The notes beneath the pieces are model-generated. The model saw only the letters and a list, made by a program, of their open reading frames with translations, did not search any database and was not told where the DNA came from. DNA of 64,000 nucleotides, taken from an uncultured Acidobacteriota bacterium (GTDB taxonomy: Bacteria > Acidobacteriota > Thermoanaerobaculia > Multivoradales > DATKCC01). Every line of letters begins with the position of its first letter. Position 1 is the first letter of the stretch. Of this stretch, positions 1-9,446 are shown one piece after another. The translations under genes were made by a program, and so were the position numbers. The stretch lies in NCBI GenBank assembly GCA_963837945.1, contig CAWIQD010000026.1, positions 151,754 to 215,753 on the forward strand, read 5' to 3'.

Positions 1-1788
1 GGCGGGGTGCCGCTGTTCGAAGGGCTCTCCTTCACCCTCCACGAGGGCGACCACGTCGGGCTGGTGGGGCCGAACGGCTCCGGCAAGTCGACCCTGCTCC
101 GCATCCTCGCCGGCCAGCTCGAGCCGGACGCCGGCGAGGTGCGGACGCGCCGGCGGCTCCGGATCGGCTACGTTCCGCAGGACCCGGTCTTCGCCCCCGG
201 CCGCACGGTCGAGGAGGTGGTCGAGGAGACCCTGGTGGGGCTGCCTTCGATCGAGGCGGGAGAACGGGCCCGCCGCCTGGCCGTCGCTCTCGGCAAGGTC
301 GGGTTCACCGACCCCGGCGAGCGGACGGAGACCCTCTCGGGCGGCTGGCGAAAACGCCTGGCGATCGCCCGCGAGCTGGCGCCGGAGCCGGACGTCCTGC
401 TCCTCGACGAGCCGACCAACCACCTGGACATCGAGTCGATCGCCTGGCTCGAGGAGCTCCTCCGCCGCGAGGCCAAGGCCTTCGTGGCGGTGAGCCACGA
501 CCGCTACTTCCTGGAGGCGGTCGGCCGGCGGATCGTCGAGCTCGACCCTCGCTACCCCGAGGCGCTGTTCGTGGTCGACGGCGGCTACGCCGAGTTCCTC
601 GAGGCCCGCGACGAGCGCCTGCGCCAGGACGAGACCTACCGCGCCACCCTCGCCAACCTGGCGCGGCGCGAGGCGGAGTGGCTGCGCCGCGGGCCCAAGG
701 CGCGCACCTCGAAGTCGAAGGCCCGGATCGACGCGGCCGAGGACCTGTTCACCGAGCTCGACGCCGCCACGGCCCGCTCGCGGACCGCCACCGCCGGAAT
801 CGACTTCACGGCCTCGGGCCGCCGGACCAGGCGCCTCTGGGCGGGCAAGGGGCTCGCCAAGCGGTTCGGAGAGCGCCCGATCCTCGAGGACCTCGACCTG
901 CTCCTCACCCCCGGCAAGCGGCTCGGCGTGGTCGGCCGCAACGGCTCCGGCAAGACGACGCTGCTCCGGATCGTGGTCGGCGAGCTCGAGCCGGACGCGG
1001 GCACCATCGAGCGGGCCGAAGGGCTGCGCGTCGTCTACTTCGAGCAGAACCGGGAGAGCCTGGACCCGGAGCTCACCCTGGAGCAGAGCCTCACGCTCGG
1101 CGGCCCCCGCCCGGATCACGTCGAGTTCCAGGGCCGGGCGCTCCACGTCGCGTCCTGGGCGCGGCGCTTCCTCTTCCCGCCCGAGCGCCTGCGCAGCCCG
1201 GTCGGCCAGCTCTCGGGCGGCGAGAAGGCCCGCGCCGTCCTCGCCCGGCTGATGCTCCGCCCCGCCGACCTCCTGGTCCTCGACGAGCCGACCAACGACC
1301 TCGACATCCCGACCCTGGACGTTCTCGAAGAGGCCCTGCTCGACTTCGCGGGCGCGCTCGTTCTGGTCACCCACGACCGGTTCCTGCTCGACCGGGTGGC
1401 GACCGAGATCCTCGCCCTGCCGGCCGACGAGGCCGACGGCCGGACCGAGCGCTACGCCGACCTCGGCCAGTGGCAGGCGGCCCGGAAGCGCCCGGAGACG
1501 GCCGCGGCGGCCCCTCGGGACGAGCGCTCGCGCCCGACCCGCAAGGCGAGCGGCGGCCCGCCGGCGAAGAAGCTCTCCTACCTCGAGCAGCGCGAGTGGG
1601 ACGGCATGGAGGAGGCCGTGCTCCAGGCGGAGGAGCGACTGCGCGAGGCGGAGCGAACTCTCGCCGATCCGGCCGTCGCGACCGACTCCGCCGCCCTCCA
1701 CGAGCGCTCCCTCGCCCTCGACGCCCGCCGCCTCGAGGTCGAGCGGCTCTACGAGCGCTGGGCCGAGCTCGAAGGGAAGCGGAGCTGA
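1..1788 (+). CDS. ABC-F family ATPase (Uup/EttA-like, tandem ABC domains), 5' end probably truncated by window edge
   Basis: Two Walker A motifs ([18 protein letters not shown]), two ABC signatures ([18 protein letters not shown]), C-terminal coiled-coil tail typical of Uup. The first called codon is GTG at 7 but the frame is open from base 1, and canonical ABC-F proteins have ~20 more N-terminal residues. Confidence 0.9.
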   Translation, partial: GGVPLFEGLSFTLHEGDHVGLVGPNGSGKSTLLRILAGQLEPDAGEVRTRRRLRIGYVPQDPVFAPGRTVEEVVEETLVGLPSIEAGERARRLAVALGKVGFTDPGERTETLSGGWRKRLAIARELAPEPDVLLLDEPTNHLDIESIAWLEELLRREAKAFVAVSHDRYFLEAVGRRIVELDPRYPEALFVVDGGYAEFLEARDERLRQDETYRATLANLARREAEWLRRGPKARTSKSKARIDAAEDLFTELDAATARSRTATAGIDFTASGRRTRRLWAGKGLAKRFGERPILEDLDLLLTPGKRLGVVGRNGSGKTTLLRIVVGELEPDAGTIERAEGLRVVYFEQNRESLDPELTLEQSLTLGGPRPDHVEFQGRALHVASWARRFLFPPERLRSPVGQLSGGEKARAVLARLMLRPADLLVLDEPTNDLDIPTLDVLEEALLDFAGALVLVTHDRFLLDRVATEILALPADEADGRTERYADLGQWQAARKRPETAAAAPRDERSRPTRKASGGPPAKKLSYLEQREWDGMEEAVLQAEERLREAERTLADPAVATDSAALHERSLALDARRLEVERLYERWAELEGKRS

Positions 1789-1948
1789 AACGGCCGGCCT
1801 ACGGCCCGTTGGCCTTTCGCACGCTCGCCCGTCCGAGAGGAAGGCTCCGCCTCCTGAAGCCGGGGGCCCTGCGCCCCGTCGCGCTGTCCGCGCTCCTCGC
1901 CGGGATTCGTTTCACCGGGCGAGGCCGAGGAGGCAGCCGATCAGGCCT

Positions 1949-2347
1949 CTAGGGGAGCGGACCTGCCTGGCACTGGCACTCCCAACCACCGGTCGCGCAC
2001 ATGTAACCACCGCTGAAGATGTTGCAATGCCCCCAGCCTCCGTTGACGCCGCTCAGGTGGCAGATCTGGCCGCGAGGGGCCCCGACGCAGTTCGAGTCGC
2101 TGCACGACCCGCAAGGGAGCGACGAGGCCGACACGCCTGCCTGCGCGACCGGGAGCGCAACGAGGGAGGAGACGGCGGGGTCACAGCTCGGGGCCGAAGT
2201 GGACGGCGCCGTGACCGCCGGCGATCCTAGGGCCGGGGCCTGGGCAGCCTGTTGGAGGTCGGGAACGGCGGGCTGGTCGCTGGCGCTGAGGGCCGAGGCG
2301 CTCGCGACCAGAAGGCCGGTGAGCAAGAGGGTCGTCGCAAGCTTCAT
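1949..2347 (-). CDS. Small secreted cysteine-rich protein (signal peptide MKLATTLLLTGLLVASASA, Ala/Ser/Pro linker, C-terminal ~50 aa with 9 Cys and many Gly)
   Basis: ORF 1949..2425 trimmed to internal ATG at 2347 that begins a classical signal peptide. C-terminus CGSCSDSNCVGAPRGQICHLSGVNGGWGHCNIFSGGYMCATGGWECQCQ. No family recognised. Confidence 0.5.
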   Translation of the reverse strand: MKLATTLLLTGLLVASASALSASDQPAVPDLQQAAQAPALGSPAVTAPSTSAPSCDPAVSSLVALPVAQAGVSASSLPCGSCSDSNCVGAPRGQICHLSGVNGGWGHCNIFSGGYMCATGGWECQCQAGPLP

Positions 2348-2472
2348 GGTGTCCTCCGAAAGTCGTGGGCGGGGGAGATCCCGCCACCGCTCGACGACTG
2401 TATCGCATGTTCTTAGGTGCGGCAACGCTGCCTATCCCGCTGCCTGGAGCCTGCGCGGCGCCCGGCTTTCCC

Positions 2473-3009
2473 TCACGCCTCTTCCACGTCGTCCAGCTCG
2501 AACCCCAGGCCGCAGCCCGGGCACTCGGGCGTGCCCTCGGGCCACCGGGAGCCGCACGAGGGGCACGTGAAGAGGTCGGGTTGGGTGAAGTCGCCGGCGG
2601 CGGCGAGCTCGGGAACCTCTTCCAGGAGGACTTCCCGGTCGACCTCGACCGCGGCGCCCAGGTCCTCGCGCCGGACGAAGAGGAAGTGCCGGTAGCGGCC
2701 GAGCTCGTTGGCGGCGAGGCTCTCCTCGTGGGCCGCCGCGTCGGGGGTCGGGCTGGTGTGCACGAGCGACCGGATCCCCCGCTCGACGAGGCGCGAGGCC
2801 AGCGCCTCGATCAAGCCCAGCTCGTCGGCTCGGACGAGCGCCAGCTCCGGCGACGGCTCGAGCGGCTCGAGGCCTCCGACGAGCGTCGGCTGGTCCCAGG
2901 CATCGACCTCCCGGGACCAGCGGAGAGTCTCGCCACAGTCCGGGCACACCTCCATCTCGGGCACGAATTCCCCGCCACACTCGGGGCAGACCTTGTAGGC
3001 GCTCTCCAT
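2473..3009 (-). CDS. Hypothetical protein with N- and C-terminal zinc-ribbon motifs (CPECG...CPDCG; CPSCG...CPGCG)
   Basis: 178-aa ORF with reasonable composition and paired CxxC...CxxC at both ends. Immediately upstream, same strand, of the Cys-rich secreted protein. Confidence 0.5.
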   Translation of the reverse strand: MESAYKVCPECGGEFVPEMEVCPDCGETLRWSREVDAWDQPTLVGGLEPLEPSPELALVRADELGLIEALASRLVERGIRSLVHTSPTPDAAAHEESLAANELGRYRHFLFVRREDLGAAVEVDREVLLEEVPELAAAGDFTQPDLFTCPSCGSRWPEGTPECPGCGLGFELDDVEEA

Positions 3010-3463
3010 CGTCGGCTGGCGGCCGGCATGCAGTCCGCGGCTCGTTCGCTTCGTGGATGAAGATTAGCTCAAGGGCCGGTGGGTTGAAAAGCGGGCCGGC
3101 CGGGGAGAGAGACGGCCTCGCCTGTCCGGGTTTCCACCTCCCACCGCACTCTCCAAGTAGAGATGTAGCGATAAGTCGAAGTACGACCCTCCACGGTGGG
3201 GGGCGCCTCCGGCCGGTGAGTGTGCCGCGGGGCGCGGGACCGCGGATGGTCCTCTCGACGTGCCGGCGCTCGGGCGCCGACGCCAGAGGCCATGCGGTCC
3301 GATCTCAGAGACCGGCCCCGCCGGCTCCCCGCACCCCGCAGCCGTGCGCCGCCGCGCGCTCCCTCCACGACCCGCGTTCCTCGTTTCCTGCCGGCGGCCC
3401 GGCGGGCGCACCGCCTGAGCGCTGCCGGCGTACGTTCTCGATCGACCTCTGGAGGAGTATCGA

Positions 3464-4957
3464 TGCAGCACAAGACGCACTTCGCCATCGGCGGCGCCCT
3501 GCTGGCCGTGGCGTTCCTCGTCCCCTGCCCCGCGCAGGCGGACTCGACCCAGGTCCTCATCTCCCACGGCTTGGTGAGCCGGGACGTCGGCGACGGCGCC
3601 GACCTCTTCTTCCGCGGCACGTTCGGCGGCAACGGACGGACCTGCGCCTCCTGCCATCCGCAGGACAACAACCAGACCATCGACCCGGCCTTCATCGCCA
3701 CCCTGTCGCCTTCGGATCCGCTGTTCGCCGACTCGGTCCCGGGGCTCGAGATTCCCGAGCTGCTGACCCAGTTCGGGCTCGTCCTCGAGAACGCCGACGG
3801 CTTCGAGGACCCGACCGCCAAGTTCGTCATGCGCGGGGTTCCGACCAGCCTGTCGATGTCCACCTCGATCCAGGCACCGGTCGGCTTTCCTTTCCCCAAC
3901 ACCACCGGTTGGAGCGGCGACGGCGGGCTCGACGGCACGCTCCACGCGTTCAGCTCCGGCGCGGCCAAGCAGCACTTCACCCAGAGCCTGGCGCGCGTCG
4001 AAGGCACGGACTTCCGGTTTCCCACCGAGACCGAGCTTCTCGAAGATGGAGCAGTTCATGCTCAACTCCGGGCGGCTCGACGACCTCACCCTGAGCAGCG
4101 TCAGCCTGGCGGAGCCGGACGCCGACGTCGGCCGGCGGATCTTCCTCAATGCCGGAGGGGACCCTTCGATCGGCGCCGGCAAGTGCAACACCTGCCACGC
4201 CAACGCGGGGGCCAACATCGACTTCGGCGACCAGGCGAACCACAACTACGACATCGGCATCGAGGACGTGCCCAACCCCGCCCGCCAGGTGCACGACTTC
4301 CCGTTCGACGGCGGCCTCGGCAAGCTCCTCAACAGCGAGGGCACCTACGGCGACGGCACCTTCAACACGCCGCCCCTGGTCGAGGCGGGAGACACGGCGC
4401 CTTACTTCCACAACAACTTGATCGGCGGCCTCGAGGACGCCGTGGCCTACTTCTCGGGCCCGGACTTCAACGCCTCGCCCGCAGCGAGCGTGGTCGGCGG
4501 CATCTCGCTGACGCCCACGGAGTCCGACCAGGTGGCGGCCTTCCTGCGCGTGATCAACGCCGGCTTCAACGTGGCGATCTCCATGCAGCGCAACGCCGCC
4601 GCGATCGTCCTCGAGAACAGCCGCGGCTCGACCTGCTCGGGCAAGTTCAACTGTCCGCAGAGCGCGCCGCCCGGAGGCGACACGACGGGGGTCAAGGAGA
4701 CGGTCGACACCCTCCTGCTGCTCTCCGACGTCGAGGCCGCCGACGCGATCGACGAGCTCAACGCCCGGGGGCTCAACCCCGACGCGGTGACGCTGCTCGA
4801 AAGCGCCATCTCGAAAAACCAGCAGGCGATTTCCGAGAACTCGTCCTCGACGAGGAAGAGCCTCGAGCAGTCGGCCAACGCCGACTTCCAGTCGGCCAAG
4901 GCCGCCCTGGGAAGCGGGCTCGACTTCACCCTCGGGCAGGGCAACCTGCTGTTCTAG
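3464..4957 (+). CDS. Di-haem c-type cytochrome (cytochrome c peroxidase/MauG-like), reading frame interrupted by an apparent +1 insertion near 4045
   Basis: RBS GGAGGAG before ATG 3464, signal peptide, first CxxCH (CASCH), then frame switches at ~4045 (..RFPTETELLE | MEQFMLNSGRLDD..) into ORF 4046..4957, which carries the second CxxCH (CNTCH). The original frame after 4060 is Arg-rich nonsense. Confidence 0.7.
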
Positions 4958-5032
4958 ACCGGGGCACCTCGGCGGGCGTTCCGGCGCCCGCCGAGATCTC
5001 TCGGACACGGACGCGCCAGGTAGGATGAGCGC

Positions 5033-6289
5033 GTGACGGACGCCGCCAGGCGCGACCTCGACCTCGTCCTGTGGGGCGCGAGCGGCTTCACCGGCCGCCT
5101 GGTGGCCCACCACCTGGTGCGCCACGGCAAGGACCTGCGCTGGGCCCTGGGTGGCCGCAGCGGAGAGAAGCTCGAAGCGCTCAGGAACGAGCTGGCGCTG
5201 CTCCGGCCCGAGGCGCGGGACTTGCCGCTCCTGGTCGGTGACAGCCTCGATCCCCGCTCCCTCGAGCCGATCGTGCGGCGCACCCGGGTGGTGTGCACCA
5301 CGGTCGGCCCGTACGCCCGGTTCGGCACGCCGCTGGTCAGCCTGTGCGCCGAGCTCGGCACCGACTCTTGTGATCTGTCCGGTGAGGTGGCGTGGATGCG
5401 CCGCAACGTCGACCGCTTCCACGAGCGGGCAGAGCGGAGCGGCGCCCGCATCGTCCACGGCTGTGGCTTCGACTCGATCCCGTCGGACCTGGGCACCCTG
5501 CTCCTGGCCCGGCGCCTGGCCGAGGAGGGCGCGCGGCTCGCGCGGGCGCGGCTCCGGGTCCGCCGCCTCGACGGGCGGATGAGCGGCGGCACGGCGGCGA
5601 GCCTGTTCGAGATCGCGACCGAGGCGCGCAAGGACCCGGGGACCCGCAAGATCCTCCTCGACCCCTACGGGCTCAACCCGCCGGGGGAGCGCCAGGGGCC
5701 GGACGGAAACGGCGGGCTCGGCCCGCGCTTCGACCGGGACCGGGGCGTGTGGACCGCGCCCTTCCTGATGGCCATGATCAACACGCGGGTGGTCCGCCGC
5801 TCGAACGCCCTGCTCGGCTACCCCTACGGCCGCGACTTCCGCTACGACGAGCGCGTCGACGCCGGCCGGGGGCTCCGGGGCCGGCTCCGGGCGCGCCTCC
5901 TCGCGACCGGCCTCCAGGCGTTCACCGGCGCCGCGGCCGTGGCGCCCACGGCCTGGCTCCTGCGCCGTTTCGTGCTCCCCGATCCCGGCGACGGGCCCTC
6001 GGCCGAGGAGCGCGAGCGCGGCGGCTTCCGGATCGCGATCCTGGGCGACGGCCTCCGCGAGCCGGGCGAGCCGCCGCTCCGCGCCCGGGTCACCGTCACC
6101 GCCGCACTCGACCCGGGCTACGGCGCGACCGCTCCAATGCTCGCCGAGTCCGCCCTCTGTCTCGCCCGGGGCGAGGCGACGGGCCTGCCGGCCGGCGTCC
6201 TGACACCGGCCGCGGCGCTCGGCCTCCCCCTGCTCGAGCGCCTCCGCCCCATGGGCGTCACCTTCGAGGCGTCGCTCGGCGACAGGTGA
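5033..6289 (+). CDS. Saccharopine dehydrogenase-like NAD(P)-binding oxidoreductase (trans-acting enoyl reductase family)
   Basis: N-terminal Rossmann GxSGxxG (LWGASGFTGRLV) and family-typical length and mid-region motifs (VHGCGFDSIPSDLG). Confidence 0.8.
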   Translation: MTDAARRDLDLVLWGASGFTGRLVAHHLVRHGKDLRWALGGRSGEKLEALRNELALLRPEARDLPLLVGDSLDPRSLEPIVRRTRVVCTTVGPYARFGTPLVSLCAELGTDSCDLSGEVAWMRRNVDRFHERAERSGARIVHGCGFDSIPSDLGTLLLARRLAEEGARLARARLRVRRLDGRMSGGTAASLFEIATEARKDPGTRKILLDPYGLNPPGERQGPDGNGGLGPRFDRDRGVWTAPFLMAMINTRVVRRSNALLGYPYGRDFRYDERVDAGRGLRGRLRARLLATGLQAFTGAAAVAPTAWLLRRFVLPDPGDGPSAEERERGGFRIAILGDGLREPGEPPLRARVTVTAALDPGYGATAPMLAESALCLARGEATGLPAGVLTPAAALGLPLLERLRPMGVTFEASLGDR

Positions 6290-6308
6290 CCCTTGGAGCC
6301 GGCGCCGG

Positions 6309-6981
6309 CTAGCCGGGCGGCTCGGCCGCGGCCGGCCGGTAGAGGCGCCGGATCTGGATCCTGCCGCCGCCGCCCCACCCGGCCGCCATCGTCGTCACCA
6401 CCTGGAGGAGCTTGCCGTCGTCGGTGACGTCGAAGCGCTCGGAGACCTCCCGACGGTCGACCTTGCGGACGACGACCAGCGTTTCGCCGGCCCAGCGCGC
6501 CCGGACGGTTTCCTTGCCGTCCTCGGTCTCGGCGGTGTGCGCCCGACCGTCGGCCAGGATCGCCAGCCGCCGGCCGTCGGCATACTCGATCGACCACCCG
6601 CCTTCGATCGGCTCGATGTCCAGGGTGTCGTAGCGCCGGTCCGCTTCCGCATCCGCGCCGGGCCCGATTTCCCCGCCCCGGTCGGAGCCACCGGAGCCTC
6701 CGGCTCCCACCTCCCCAGGTTCCGCCGCCGGACGGCCGTCCCGTCCCCACCCCGGGAACGGTGTCGCCGAATCCCCGGCGGTTGCGCATCGCCTTCTGCA
6801 TCACCTCGCGGGGGTCGTCGCTCAGGTCCTTGTCGAGCTTCCAGACACCTTCGAGGTCGGGTCTCTCGTGGGGCTCCTCGGCGCCGGCCACGACCGGGAA
6901 GGTGAGCGCCGCGACCACCGGCGCGGCGAGGAGCGCCAGGGCCGGCAGGGTCCACGGGCAGAGGTGGCCGCGAAGTCTCAT
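6309..6981 (-). CDS. Secreted hypothetical protein (signal peptide + Gly-rich linker + beta-rich C-terminal domain), apparent +1 frameshift in linker (~6700-6760)
   Basis: ATG at 6981 starts signal peptide MRLRGHLCPWTLPALALLAAPVVA. Credible C-terminal domain (DTLDIEPIEGGWSIEYADGRRLAILADGRAHTAETEDGKETVRARW..) is in the frame of ORF 6309..6710. Joining needs a 1-nt shift. Confidence 0.5.
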
Positions 6982-7008
6982 GGTGTAGCGAATCCGACCA
7001 CTGGATCG

Positions 7009-8589
7009 TCAACCGGTGCGCATGAAGTGCCAGCGGCAGGCGCCCTCGACCGGCTGGAAGACCTCGGGGCGGATCGTCGGGCCGAAGTCGCGGAGAATCG
7101 ACGCCAGGTGCTCGCCGCGGGCGGCCCGCACGAGGGCCTCGGCGGCGCCCGAGCCGGCCTTGGTGATGTAGGTCTGCCAGATCGCCTGGCGGATCGAGAT
7201 GCCGCCCGAGAGGTTGACGTTGGGCAGGCGGGCGGCGCCCTTCTTGAGGATCGAGAGCTTCTCCTTCAAGCTCCGCTCGTCGTCCATCGGGGCGCGCTGC
7301 CAGGCGGTGTAGGGCTTGGGGATCAAGATGTTGACGCCGGCGTGGATCGAGCCGATGCGGCCGGTCTTCCTCGCCTCCTCGAGCATGACCGAGCGGCACT
7401 CGGCGACCAGCTCGAGGATCGCCTGGACGTCGTCGAGCGTCTCGTCCGGGATGCCGACCAGGAAGTAGAGCTTGAGCTGGGTGAAGCCGTGCTCGAAGAT
7501 CATCCGCACCTTCTCGAGCAAGAGGGCGTTGGGGATCGGCTTGTTGAGCTTCACCCGCAGCGCGTCGCTGCCGGTCTCCGGCGCCAGCGTGATCGAACGG
7601 TCGCCCGAGGCATGGAGGGCCGCGAGGACGCCGTCGGTGACCGCCGGGATGCGGATCGAGGAGACCGAGGTGCGGAAGCCGAGGCGGTTGCCCTCCTGGA
7701 GGATGCGCTCGATCTCCGGGTGGTCGCCGACGGCGGTGGCGACGAAACCGAGCTGGTCGGTGACCGGGCGCGCCCGCTCGAGCGAGGCGAGGATGTACTC
7801 CGCCGGATGCCAGCGGAACTTGCCCATGCCGAAGGTCGCCCAGCAGTACTTGCACTTCTCCGGGCAGCCGCGGGACATCTCGATCAGGAACTTGTCCGAG
7901 AACTCGGTGCGCGGGGTGACGATCGCCGTGGTCGGGAGGTACCCGGGGCGGCGCATCTGCTCGGCGGAGAGCTCGAGCTTGTGGAGCTTGTTCTCGCCGA
8001 AGGTGCCCACCAGGTCGTCGCCCTCCTCGGGACGGTGATGAGCGGGCACGTAGAAGCCCGGCCGGGAGGCCAGGCGCTCGAGGACGGCCTCGCGGCTCGC
8101 CTCCTCTTCGAGGGCTCCGAGCAGGTCGGGCAGCAGGTTCTCCGCCGCGCCGAGGGCGAAGACGTCGACCAGCTCGGCCATCGGCAGCGGATTGATCGCG
8201 GCGCACGAGCCGCCCATCACCACCAGCGGGTGCCAGGGTCCGCGCTCGGCGCGGCGCAGCGGAATGCCGCCCCGGTCGAGGAGCCGCAAGAGGCCGACGT
8301 AGTCCTCCTCGAAGGAGACCGAGAAAGCGACGCAGCCGAAGTCCGCGAGCGGCCGGCCGGACTCGACCGAGACCGGCGCGCCGGCGCCGTCGGTGAAGAA
8401 GCGCTCGGCAACCCAGCCCGGCCGGTCGGCCACCAGGCGCAGGGTGCGCTGGAACCCGAGGCTCGACATGCCGACGTGGTAGGTGTTGCCGTAGGCGAGG
8501 GCGAGCCGGAAGGCGCCGTGGCGCGGCAGCTCGTCGACCGGGCGCTCGTCCGCCCGGAACGGAGCCCAGTCCTGCACGGCCGCACTCAT
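7009..8589 (-). CDS. Radical SAM protein with N-terminal B12-binding-like domain (COG1032-type Fe-S oxidoreductase)
   Basis: CxxxCxxC motif CPEKCKYC in the core, ~200-aa N-terminal domain resembling cobalamin-binding domain of class B rSAM enzymes, 526 aa. Confidence 0.8.
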   Translation of the reverse strand: MSAAVQDWAPFRADERPVDELPRHGAFRLALAYGNTYHVGMSSLGFQRTLRLVADRPGWVAERFFTDGAGAPVSVESGRPLADFGCVAFSVSFEEDYVGLLRLLDRGGIPLRRAERGPWHPLVVMGGSCAAINPLPMAELVDVFALGAAENLLPDLLGALEEEASREAVLERLASRPGFYVPAHHRPEEGDDLVGTFGENKLHKLELSAEQMRRPGYLPTTAIVTPRTEFSDKFLIEMSRGCPEKCKYCWATFGMGKFRWHPAEYILASLERARPVTDQLGFVATAVGDHPEIERILQEGNRLGFRTSVSSIRIPAVTDGVLAALHASGDRSITLAPETGSDALRVKLNKPIPNALLLEKVRMIFEHGFTQLKLYFLVGIPDETLDDVQAILELVAECRSVMLEEARKTGRIGSIHAGVNILIPKPYTAWQRAPMDDERSLKEKLSILKKGAARLPNVNLSGGISIRQAIWQTYITKAGSGAAEALVRAARGEHLASILRDFGPTIRPEVFQPVEGACRWHFMRTG

Positions 8590-8677
8590 GGTGGAAGCTA
8601 GAACAGGCGGTTCACGGAGGCGAATTCCGCGCGGGGTTGCGCCTCACCGCCGCACCCCGGCTGGTAGAGTCCCGGCC

Positions 8678-9202
8678 ATGAGGCGGCACGTAGAGCGAGT
8701 GCTCGGAGCGCTCGAGCGCGAGGGCGTCCGATTCCTGGTCGTCGGAGGCGTCGCCGTCGTCCTGCACGGATATCTCCGCACGACGGTAGACCTCGACCTC
8801 GTGATCCAGCTCGATCGAGGAAACGTCCTGCATGCGGTCGACGCTTTCAAGCGGCTGGGCTTCCAACCGCGCGTGCCGGTTCAGCTCGAGAGCTTCGCCG
8901 ACGAGTCGGAGCGAGCGCGGTGGGTCCGCGAGAAGAACGCTCGCGTCTTCTCTCTTGGGCACCCGGACGAGCCGGGCTTTCTCGTCGACCTCTTCGTCGA
9001 GGAGCCGTTCGACTTCGACGAGCGGTACCACCGGGCCGCCATCGCGCTACTCGGCGAGGTGGAGGTCCGGGTGCTGGCGATCGAGGACCTGGTGGAGATG
9101 AAGCGTGCCGCGGGCCGGGCCCAGGACCTGGCCGACGTGGAAGCTCTTCTTCGGCTCCAAGTGGCGGAGGACGACACCGCCGGGCCGGGAAGGGACTCAT
9201 GA
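8678..9202 (+). CDS. Minimal nucleotidyltransferase-fold protein (Pol-beta superfamily; hG[GS]...DhDh motif GGVAVVLHGYLRTTVDLDLV)
   Basis: Trimmed to ATG 8678 (MRRHVERV). Conserved NTase motif. C-terminal AAGRAQDLADVEALLRL segment typical of stand-alone NTases of toxin-antitoxin-like modules. Confidence 0.6.
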   Translation: MRRHVERVLGALEREGVRFLVVGGVAVVLHGYLRTTVDLDLVIQLDRGNVLHAVDAFKRLGFQPRVPVQLESFADESERARWVREKNARVFSLGHPDEPGFLVDLFVEEPFDFDERYHRAAIALLGEVEVRVLAIEDLVEMKRAAGRAQDLADVEALLRLQVAEDDTAGPGRDS

Positions 9203-9390
9203 CCAGGGCGGTGCGAGGCGTGCCGGAACCGGACAGACCCGACACCTGGGACTTCGACCGGGCCCGCGACGCCGCGGTGCGCGAGGGGTTGCGCCTCACT
9301 CCGGCCCAGCGGCTGGCTTGGCTGGAGGAGACCCTCGAAGAGCTGAAGGATCTCCTGGGCCGGGCGCGGAAGAGCAAGGCGGTCCGGTGA
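9199..9390 (+). CDS. Small hypothetical protein (63 aa) overlapping upstream NTase gene by 4 bp (ATGA)
   Basis: ATG 9199 overlaps TGA of preceding gene. Sequence MTRAVRGVPEPDRPDTWDFDRARDAAVREGLRLTPAQRLAWLEETLEELKDLLGRARK. No HEPN Rx4-6H motif. Confidence 0.4.
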   Translation: MTRAVRGVPEPDRPDTWDFDRARDAAVREGLRLTPAQRLAWLEETLEELKDLLGRARKSKAVR

Positions 9391-9446
9391 GGCAGGAGCA
9401 GAGGCTGGCAGCGCCCACCGGGTGTGCCTCCGGTCCGGGCACCCGA

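Noticed and set aside
2019-3060. Plus-strand ORFs 2019-2570, 2365-3060, 2708-2998
   Set aside because: Antisense to the better-supported minus-strand Cys-rich and zinc-ribbon genes. Low-complexity composition.
3220-5028. 602-aa ORF in the six-frame track
   Set aside because: After position ~4060 it is Arg/Gly/Pro-rich nonsense shadowing the real cytochrome frame. Only its 3464-4045 part is coding.
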